A stretch of 63,746 bases of DNA, the filler included, from Octopus bimaculoides (lineage: Eukaryota), in assembly GCF_001194135.2 (NCBI RefSeq). It is 5 parts of 4 records of this genome, joined end to end, with 100 filler letters (N's around TTAATTAATTAA, not from the genome) between each part and the next. Parts side by side here need not be neighbours in the genome. Positions count along the whole stretch, not along the records: positions 44,456 to 53,863 come from NC_069008.1; positions 53,964 to 62,151 come from NC_068981.1; positions 62,252 to 63,746 come from NC_068991.1; 2 more parts are not named here. The stretch is one strand, 5' to 3'. Positions 53,704-63,746 of the stretch are shown here, in pieces. The first letter of the stretch is position 1. Every line of letters begins with the position of its first letter. The translations under genes and the position numbers were made by a program. A model generated the notes under the pieces. That model was given only the letters and a program-made list of their open reading frames with translations. It had not been told where the DNA came from and did not search any database.

Positions 53704-55887
53704 GTTTGAAGTGCTTATTAATAAGGGTAATTCCAATTAGATTATCCTGCAAAATGAAATTTAATTGGTTTAAATGTGTCTAATTACATATGAATATTAC
53801 TTGATGCCATTAGACATTCTAAATATTATTAGAGTGTTTACAAATTGAAAATATGGAAATCCANNNNNNNNNNNNNNNNNNNNNNNNNNNNNNNNNNNNN
53901 NNNNNNNTTAATTAATTAANNNNNNNNNNNNNNNNNNNNNNNNNNNNNNNNNNNNNNNNNNNNATATATATATATATATATATATATACCGAGAAAATAA
54001 ATACGAGAGAATAGTACTTCATTAAAGAGAATATTTACCTAAAATTGAAACATGTCAATATTAACTGTTGGCCGTGTGTGCATTAGTTCGAGATATGGAC
54101 TTCAATTAATTTTACACTGTTCTGAATTATTTTTTGAAGACTAAAGGTATAAAACTGAAGAATTTTGGTGGGATTTCTAAAACGAATGTGTGAGAGAATA
54201 AAACTTGCATTTAAAATAGGTCGAGGTCATATAAAGATAAACATTAGAGTCCTTAGTGTTAACCAAATATTCACATCCTATATCCATTACCAAACAATCA
54301 CAATACATGGAGAATTTCTTGATACCAGATCAGTAACAAAATTTGGTGTAAAACTTGATTACTAATTTGGGCTTGTTCTTTAAGTTTAGAAGTGTTAAAA
54401 TATGGTAAATTATAGTTTTAAAAATGTATGTAGGAGAATACTGAAACTCAGAAGTATTTATATTAAATTTCCGGCGATATTTATGGGTTCTAAACTTACA
54501 TACATACATACGTACGTACATACATACGTGCGTACATACATACGTACATACATACATACAAACATACAAACATACAAACATACATACATGCAAACATACA
54601 TACATATATACATACATATACATGTGTGTGTGTGTGTGTGTGCGTACTTGTGTGTGTGTGTGTGTGGCTGTGTGTGTATCTGTGTGTGAATGCAGTATCA
54701 GGTGTATATGTGCATATATATATATATATATCTCATATATAAATTTTGTATATTGCATATATATACATAAATCACACATACACGCATTTATGGGTGTTTG
54801 TGTGTGTCTGTGTATGTGACTGTGTGTGCGCGTGCTCCTGTGTATGTGTGTTCTATATGTACATATATATATTCTGTTCGCCTCCTCACTTACTTATTCT
54901 GGTTAACCTCCAATTAATGCTATCCTAATAAAGCCAATAAATTTCACATCGAATGCTATTATCTTCAGACATACATGACTCTCGTACTTACTAATATCCT
55001 TGTTTTGATATATTTTCTTTAATATTTCATAATACAAGCTGATATAATCTTAGTATTTAGACATCTGTAACACTACATTAAACAAATCTTTAACACTGTA
55101 ACCCTTTAATAAACGAATAAAAAGGCTGATGTTTATTATGTTGAATGTAGGATTAATGTGCTGCCTACTTCACTAATGAGAGCGATAGTATGCCGTGACT
55201 TGAACTACTAGATATAACAGGCAAGTCCTATTCAAATTACGTTCTTAGAAAATAATGAAAAAGACATGAAGCAAAGTGCATATGGGTACACAGGCTACAG
55301 ACAGGCTGGTCACGGCTGGAACGTTTTTCAACATACGGCAACCTAAGTAGGTCTAAAGCTACAACACTCTAAATTACCTTTACGTGTTTGTTCGTTCGAT
55401 CTCAGCGGTATATCAACCAGCTATCACCCAAACCACATTCTATTGTCTTATCTGTTATCATGTAGTCCGAAACCAAGGTTGGGACGGTCATAACTGGAAT
55501 CTGTCTTTTTTATCGTAATTCTCTTCGATCAGGTTTGACATGGAGATAAACAGCATGTTATTTGCTTTCCAGCTCGGACACTAATTATATTTTAAGTTCT
55601 TACTATCGTAAATACAACCAAATTACTTTCTCGAACTTCTTAACAGTAATAAACTACTTTAAACATATCTTGCCTCTACTTCATAAAGAAGATAATTGTA
55701 TTTTATGGCTGCAATCCTATGTCTTACATAAAAATATCGGCAAAAACGATCGATAAACAGTATTATGTTGGTGATTTAAATACTCCCAGAGGAAATTTAT
55801 AAATACATACACACACAAATACACATTCAGTTATATAGTTATACGTATCTGCAACTCTTACAGAATATGATAGGCATACATATATTT

Positions 55888-55940
<53 letters not shown>

Positions 55941-56179
55941 ATTGTGTGCGGGAGCAACCGTGCGATCGTGTATATCGATAGAATTTTGCCATATTTTACT
56001 ATCTATCATACATGCTTTAGAATTTGCTTCACACGCCATTTTGTTTTAATATTACTCGTATTTTTCTCTCGTTGTGCTTATACTATTGTATATATATTTT
56101 CGTGACAAGGGAAACATAAAACCAGAACCAACGGAAAGATAGAAGTTTATTACCTATTTTTTCCTTCTTGTATTCTATG

Positions 56180-56590
56180 TTTTACATGTTTCAGTCATTG
56201 GACTGCGGCCAGACTGGAGCACTGCCTTGAAAAGTTTAGTTGAAGAAATCGAAACCAGTACTTATTTTTCTTTAAGTCTGGTGCTTATTCTATTCGTCGC
56301 TTTTCTTGAACCGCTGATTTATGGAGACGTAAACAAACCAACACCGGTTGTCAAACCATGGAGAGGGACAAGCGCAAGCATTATGGCAGAGAGAGAGATA
56401 TATATATACTCACACAGATACACATACACATGCATATATACAGACACACAAACATATACACACACACACACATATATATATACATACATATACACACAAA
56501 CACACACACACACACATAAAGATATATATATATATATATATATATATAGTTTCTGTCTACCAAATTCACACCCATGGCATTGATCCGACC
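56180..56590 (-). mobile_element. Composite SINE D/E with truncated head
   Basis: Tail 56180-56370, (CA/TA)n 56390-56548, head remnant tttctgtctaccaaattcac. Confidence 0.75.
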
Positions 56591-56914
56591 GGAGCAAAAG
56601 AAGAAAGCATCTGCCGTGTATGCCACCCGCTGCTGCAAAACGAGCGTCTTTATTATATAGCCATATTGGCAGTTGGGTATAACATGTATAGATATTTATC
56701 TATTATGCATAAATATATTTGATTTATAATATAATTATATTTCTAAATGCAAATTAATGTAATATATACCATGATAATTTATATCTTTGTTAAACCGTAG
56801 TAAAAGGATGAAGGAAATCCCGTTTAACCGATCGTCTGAATAAATCGATGGTATATGTTAATATTGTATACGCAAAAGGTCTTTAAAACGCATGCAAAGC
56901 GCTGAACATGATAA

Positions 56915-57170
56915 ATATTTATTTCTTTATACCCACAAGGGGCTAAACATAGAGGAGACAAGCGAGGACAGACAAAGGGATTAAGTCGTTTACATCGAGT
57001 TCGAAAGGATGAAAGGCAAAGTCGACCTCGGCGGAATTGAACTCAGAACATAGCGATAAACGACATTGCCTTTCATCCTTTCAGGGTCGATAAATTAAGT
57101 ACCAGTTTCGTACTGACGTCGATCTAATCGACTGGCCCCCTCCCCCTGTGCCTAGAGTAGAAAAGAATAA
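56915..57170. mobile_element. Two family B-type SINE pieces in head-to-head orientation
   Basis: 56915-57060 is a minus-strand copy with the ttagccccttgtggg tail variant (also seen at 32317-32400); 57063-57170 is a plus-strand core and tail. Confidence 0.75.
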
Positions 57171-57554
57171 TGAAAGTATTGTGTATATTGCTCAGGTGCA
57201 CTTCAATCTCTTTGGAAGAAAAAAAAGAGAAAGAACGGGGGAAAATGAGAGGATACGGGCAAGACAAAATACGGAATGAGAAAAACGAAAAAAAGAAACA
57301 GGGAAAATAACGAATTAAGAGTTGCGCTCCTTTGGTTCGTTAAAATCGGAATTAATATGATTGGCGTAATTAATACAACGGGGAAAGATTAAAGCATGTG
57401 AAACTGTATGCTTAATCCGGAGACGGTAGCGTTTTCCTGTTCAATTGAACGTGTCCAGACGCTTATCGTTAATGAAAATATCGGATTTAGAATTCAGTAG
57501 AATTCAGACTGAATTGAAGATTAGGTTTAAGGATTTGTCACCGATATCTACACA

Positions 57555-57950
57555 TAGGCGCGGGAGTGGCTGTGTGGTAAGTAGCGTGGCACCTTGGGCA
57601 AGTGTCTTCCGCTATAGCCTCGGGCCGACCAAAGCCTTGTGAGTGGATTTGGTAGACAGAAACTGAAAGAAGCCCGTCGTATATATNNNNNNNNNNNNNN
57701 NNNNNNNNNNNNNNNNNNNNNNNNNNNNNNNNNNNNNNNNNNNNATATATATGTATGTATGTATGTGTGTGTGTATGTGTGTCTGTGTTTGTTCCCCCAA
57801 CATCACTTGACAACCGATGGTGGTATGTTTACGTCCCCGTAACTTAGCGGTTCGGCAAAAGAGACCGATAGAATAAGTACTAGGCTTCTCAAGAATAAGT
57901 CCTGGCGTCGATTTGCTCGACTAAAGGTGGTGCTCCAGTATGGCCGCAGT
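57555..57950 (+). mobile_element. Composite SINE D/E
   Basis: aggcgcgggagtggctgtgtgg head, aagcccgtcgtatata into a microsatellite/gap, then the tail gtttgttcccccaacatc...aaggtggtgctccagtatggccgcag. Confidence 0.85.
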
Positions 57951-58118
57951 ATTGTAAAAATGAAGCGTGAGAAAAACTAAATATTCCTGTTGAACAACGA
58001 TTTCATCAAATATTAGCCATACACTGGTAGTTGACGCACTATATCTCTCGAAAGTGAGCGATGTACCCATTTTTCTACCTTCACAAATTTTGCAAGTTGA
58101 TAATGTTTACGTTCTTAC

Positions 58119-58232
58119 CAAGGAAACTTCAGTCTTCAGCTTCTTTACAAATTCAAGATTCTCATTCTCAGATAGGACCAGTGGCTTCTTTTTTAAATTA
58201 TTAGTCTCCCTTGAAGTCATGATGTCCAATCA
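58119..58232 (-). CDS. Candidate start-codon exon of an unidentified minus-strand gene (MTSRETNNLKKKPLVLSENENLEFVKKLKTEVSL)
   Basis: Acceptor ttttaatatttcag at 58233-58234. In-frame TGA directly upstream of the ATG at 58220 (A at -3). 34 open codons, then donor TTG|GTAAGA at 58118. No family recognised. Confidence 0.45.
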
Positions 58233-59804
58233 CTGAAATATTAAAAGAATTGCAAAGCAGCACAAGTAGCTGTATTCCTTATAGTGGTTGTTGTTACAAC
58301 GTGCGTTATCCTATCATGTTGTACCTACTATTTTGGTATACGTTTAACTAAAATAAAAATAAAAAAACACGAGGCTACTTCGAGCTGAAGTTGTATTTAT
58401 TATAGATATATATTCAAATTTGAATTCAAAGAACGATCAGAAAATATCTGTTTTCGTAAGAAAATCAGTATCAAATGAATCTTTGGCGAATTTATGTCTA
58501 TATAGTTGGTAGGCGAATTAAGAGTCTAGTTAGTACGGAAAAACTGCACAGTGCTAGAATGAAAATGTGTAGTTTTAGACGGGCGCGTAAAACTGAATAG
58601 TAAACAAAGTGTGTAATAATAAAATGTCGCTCATTTCCTGTACTTACTTTAATTATTGTTCCATTATCTCATCACCTGTCCAGTACAAATGCTGATACAG
58701 CAGACTACAGGATATACAGTGCTATCCCAGAACAACGGCTACAACATTTCTGTATAAGGTGCAGAGAAATATGATCTTTTATTATGTTATCCATTAAGCT
58801 TAATATTTATGATGACTGTAATATATCTGTTGAGTATAAAGTATCCTATTATTACACGGAGACTATAAACCCCCGTAACACTTGTTTCAAAGATAATAGT
58901 GAAAATCAACACCGAAACTGTCTTAACAGGTTTTGTACGATTCATCCGATATCCAGCTTAACTGGTTGTGTTTTAACAGGGGTCCTTTGTATATATTCAT
59001 AAATACTTACACACATATGGATTTTCTGTGCTACTTGACTGGCCAAATGATATAATATTGCATGTTGCACAAACATTGTCTTTCACATCTTAACTTATAT
59101 GCAAAAATACTGTACATCATTCTTTTCTAATAAACACTGAAAACTGGTTTTATTAAAATCATGACCCAAGCATTCCAAACCAAGCTTTCCAAAACATTAT
59201 CTTGTATTTTATTTCCATACTACATCGTTTTTCATGTCAAACGCATGCCTATGTTATTCAATCATCTTAACTTGGTTGAATTTACTCCAGTAAAATTTGT
59301 GCTCATCATTTGACAGTTAATATATAATGAATATAGCATGGTCAAACAAATATAGGTTTCAATGCAATTTTCTTCAGTAAAGATTTTTACATCAGCATGT
59401 AATTGCATGTAAATATATGGGTTCGGCTTATGAGATGGCAAAGATAAGCTTACACCCTGTATTAGAAAATATTACGTACATTTACGAAGTAACTAATTAG
59501 GAAGCAAATGCTTGTTTAAGCAACGCGTTCAAACTGATCGCTTTCCAAATAAGATCTGTTAACAGCAGAAAGTGATAATTATGCCACACTGATATTAAGG
59601 AAACAAGGGTGATATATGAGATAGATTGGCATCCATGTTTTGGCATGCAAACATTAATTGGTGTTAAATTATAAAAGGAGAAAATTGCTTCCGAATTGGT
59701 ATTTAACATATACAATTGTGGATATAATGGCTCAAAGTTCGTATTTTGCCATCATGTCACCAATGCGACTCACTAACCATACTAAAAGCACATACATTTT
59801 ATCT

Positions 59805-60055
59805 TTTAACTTTTACTTGTTTCAGTCATTCGAATGCGACCATGCTGGGGCACCGCCTTGAAGAGATTCTAATCGAACGAATCGACGACATTACTTTTTA
59901 AAGTCTAATACTTATTTTATCATCTCTTTTACTGAACCGTCAAGTTACGAGGACGTCAACAAACCAACACTGATTGTCAATGGGTGGTGGAGCCAAGCAC
60001 AGACACAAAAACACACACATGCACACACACATGCATATATATAAATGTGTGAGTG

Positions 60056-60113
<58 letters not shown>
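59805..60113 (-). mobile_element. SINE D/E tail plus microsatellite
   Basis: cttttacttgtttcagtcattcgaatgcgaccatgctggggcaccgcc...aaacaccaacac-type tail leading into (CA)/(TA)n. Confidence 0.75.
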
Positions 60114-60117
<4 letters not shown>

Positions 60118-60640
60118 ACAAGAAGGACAAAAAAAAAGAGACCTCGATATTATGCAAATAGAGGACTTTATCTGTAAAAATATGTGACACTTATTCAGTA
60201 GCCATGATAAAACTCCGAGTTTCGGATGCCAAGGGGGGAGCCCACGCCAACATCTCTTCAGTTATCTGGCCAATTAAAAATTCCTGTGAAAAATGACCGT
60301 TAAAAACAAAAGGAAATTACTGTGTAGTGACAAGGTCAAAACGCGTCTAAAAGTGCGTATATTATCGCATGCACGCATATGTCCATATACGTATGCACAT
60401 ATCTACATTACGCACGCGTCCACGCGCACACTCACAAGCTCGCACATATAAAGTTCCTTGTACGTGTCTATAGGCGTACAGACAAAAAGAGGGTGGAGGG
60501 GAGAAAACAGAAAAATATGTGTGGAAAAAATACAAAAACATTAACCCTATAATTATGTAAAAAAAAAACATTAAAAAATAAAAAAAATATTAAAAAATAT
60601 AAAATTTAAATTGCCTCGAGTGAGCATAGATTGCACTCAC

Positions 60641-60790
60641 CTCTGCTACCCATGTAGTCGACAGTGGTTCCAATCACAGAATAAAACATTTCGTATGCGA
60701 TTTTCGTTGTATTACAGCCAGATGCAGATTCCCGCCTTCTTGAGTACTTGAATGAGTAGAGAGGATTATAAAACCGTTTTTTAAAATTGA
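60641..60790 (-). promoter_or_regulatory. Candidate promoter and non-coding first exon for the 58.2-kb exon
   Basis: Consensus donor AG|GTGAGT at 60640, E2F-like TTCCCGCC at 60729-60736, CCAAT at 60670-60674, local CpG enrichment. Confidence 0.35.
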
Positions 60791-62119
60791 GACGGTGTCG
60801 TCCGTATATAAGGAAAATGTTCGTTATTAGTGGCAACAGAATACTTATAAAGCAAGTTTTCCTAAGGCACCTGTTAACTAGCAGACATTTGGTAGGGAAT
60901 CTAGTTACTTAGGAGAGTACTCGCTGGACATATTCTTACTAGCTACCTTTCCTACCTAAGGAATTCCTTTTGATAATACTGTACAAGTTTTTATCATTCA
61001 TGACAGCTATATTTTGCGCTAAATTCGATTTACCTCTATTCTGGAAAGAGGAATGGGTTCTGCTATAAATACTTCCCTGTTAACATTGTATTGTGTAACT
61101 GCTATTAAAATAATCAATCGATTTAGAGAAACAGCTCTTAGAGGTTTCGGAAGAATTGCTACTGGGATGAGTTAAATGATTCAACCAGTTTCCCATCGCA
61201 GTGACAGAAAAACTTAAGTTCCCTAAATTTGACCTATCTATGAAAAGTAGCTACTTATAATTAGTTTTGTTTATGAGATGTTGATAAGTATCGTTAATGC
61301 TGTTTTTCGTTTTGTTAGTACCATTATGAATTTTACTCATTCTCCCGTTATTCAATATATGCGGGTGCAGCATTCACAATGATTTGTGTGTGTGTGTGTG
61401 TGTGTGTGCGTGCTAGAAATACATTGATTGGTAATTTCGATCTGGGATAAAACTAATCTTATCTGTGAGACGTTGAAATTCCAAAACTCAGAAGAAAATT
61501 ATTAGTATGTAGTATAAATGCATTCAGATTTCTTTTTCTTTGAGTTAGTCGTACTTAGTATACCATATATTCAATCATATACATAGACCTGAACTTGCGT
61601 GTATGCCTGTGATACTTGTATATACTTGTGTGCTTGAGGCATGGGTGCGTGAATCGACTTAGAACATTTAAATTATCTGGGGTCCATTCCACTGCATGGC
61701 ACTTTGAATAAGTGCTTAATATCATATTATCAACTAGCTGTTGATTTGAACCTGGTCGGCAATGACTTATATATATTGATGTTAATAGCGATCTATAAAA
61801 GAAAGGCACATGTTGTTTGTGTTATGTTACTTTATGGGCCGTAACAACGACATGCAAAGAGCCAGTAAAATAAATACCAGGTCGAAATAAATATTGAATA
61901 CGTTATAATTGACTAAAGCCTTAAAGCATACCCACTAGTTATATTACAGTCCACTTGAATGTGTGAGAAACTAAAAGTATAAAAGCGTTTGCAGCATAAA
62001 TCGGTAAGGGTAAGAACATCGTTGAGAAAACTGAAATACCAGTACTTTCGGAATGAGCGACCTAGCCATAGTTGTTCTGCATAGAGTTACAGACACTCCG
62101 TTAAAAATATATATGCATA

Positions 62120-62151
<32 letters not shown>

Positions 62152-62288
62152 NNNNNNNNNNNNNNNNNNNNNNNNNNNNNNNNNNNNNNNNNNNNTTAAT
62201 TAATTAANNNNNNNNNNNNNNNNNNNNNNNNNNNNNNNNNNNNNNNNNNNNAAATGTTTGACTGTTGATTGTATTTGGAAGAGACTGA

Positions 62289-63504
62289 CAGGTATTTGTA
62301 TATATGTGTGTATTAATGTGTATTCTGTGTCTCTCTCTATATATAAGTAAATGCGTTTTAAGAAAGATGATTAAAAAAATTCAGTTTGTAATGAATAAAT
62401 GTTTGACTGTTGATTGTATTTGGAAGAGACTGACAGGTATTTGTATGTATGTGTGTATTTGTACGTATGTATGTATGAGTGTGTATTCAAAAACATCTAT
62501 ATTTACACTTTAAAGTTGGTTTTCACACTCAACCCTGTTCTGCAGAATCAGTGTAGCGATGGGAGGTTTGTGCCCATCTCTACGTTCTGAGTTCAAATTC
62601 CTCTGAAGTCAACTTTGCCTTTCATACTTTCGGAGTCTAAAAATTAAGTACCAGTTGGACACAGGGGTCGATATAATCGACTATTCTCCACCTGCCCCAA
62701 GCTGGCCTTGTGGGAAAAATTTAAAATAATAATAATAATAATAATGACGTCTGCCGATCAAACTCCCAACCCACAACTAAGTCTTAAGTGTATATGTATA
62801 TGGGCAACACACACCACACACACACGCTAAATAAAAAGAATGTTAGTAAGTAAAAGTGTTTTAAAAAAGATTGTTAAATGTTCAGATTAACATCGGAACG
62901 ATGTTAGGGTTAGGGTTAGGACGAAAAAGTGGAAAATGTGGATTTCTATAAACTTTTAAAAAGGCTTCACACAGATACAGAACTTTAGCATTATATATTA
63001 AGATGGGCAACACACACACACTAAATTTAAAAAATGACAGGTATTTGTATGTATGTGCGTATTAATGTGTATTCTGTGTCTCTATATATATATGGTAGTA
63101 AGTAAATGCGTTGAAAGAAAGATATTCAAAAAATTCAGTTTGTAGGGAATAAATGTTTGACTGTCGATTGTATTTGGAAGAGACTGACAGGTATTTGTAT
63201 GTATGTGTTTATTTGTATGTATGTGTTTATTTGTATGTTTGTGTGTATTTGTACGTATGTATGTATGAGTTTGTATTCAAAAACATCTATATTTACACTT
63301 TAAAGTTGGTTTTCACACTCAACCCTGTTCTGCAGAATCAGTGTAGTGCCTATCTCTACGTTCTGAGTTCAAATTCCGCCGAAGTCGACTTTGCCTTTCA
63401 TCCTTTCGGGGTCTAAAAAATAAGTACCAGTTGAACACAGGGGTTGATATAATTGACTATTCTCCACCTGCCCAAAGCCGCCCTAGTGGGAAAAATTTGA
63501 AATG

Positions 63505-63550
<46 letters not shown>

Positions 63551-63746
63551 CCTCTGCCAATCAAAGTCCCAACCCACAACTAAGTCTTAAGTGTGGGCAA
63601 CGCACACACACACTAAATAAAAAAATGTTAGTAAGTAAAAGTGTTTTAAAAAAGATTGTGAAATGTTCAGATTAACACCCGCACGATTTTCACTACAGTG
63701 TTAGAGTTAGGGTTTTAGGGTCAGGGTTAGGTAGGTAATCATGCAG
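62289..63746 (+). repeat. Composite tandem duplication, unit about 750-790 bp, two copies, running off the window
   Basis: Each unit has an aaatgtttgactg block, a family B SINE with (AAT)n tail (62575-62745; 63350-63548) and a Helentron-like segment with TTAGGG repeats. aaatgtttgactg recurs at 62398 and 63151. Confidence 0.85.

Overview
AT-rich, microsatellite-dense animal genomic DNA with many N-gaps. The tandem C2H2 zinc-finger array and the SINE families point to a coleoid cephalopod, probably Octopus (inference). One complete protein-coding gene can be rebuilt: a minus-strand MAPK7/ERK5 orthologue with 9 coding exons (21913 down to 13247, 3651 nt including stop, about 1216 aa), canonical GT-AG junctions and consistent phases. 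It has two unusual kinase motifs: a T-H-Y activation loop instead of T-E-Y, and HRDLKPNN instead of HRDLKPSN, where the Asn codon AAC is one A-to-I edit from Ser. A plus-strand C2H2-ZNF array (about 44.6-46.3 kb) has 8 intact fingers flanked by decayed fingers. A candidate 5' end of an unidentified minus-strand gene lies at 58.1-60.8 kb. The rest is repeats: at least three SINE families (one with an internal microsatellite), DD37D/maT and mariner transposase relics, mariner and hAT MITEs, a Penelope-like ORF fragment, two Penelope-type terminal repeats with hammerhead-like cores, an R4/Dong-like LINE 3' end, a Helitron 3' end, a fold-back element built from telomere-like repeats, and several minisatellites. 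Most ORFs in the supplied track are microsatellite or N-gap artefacts. All motif and family assignments were made by eye; no searches were run.
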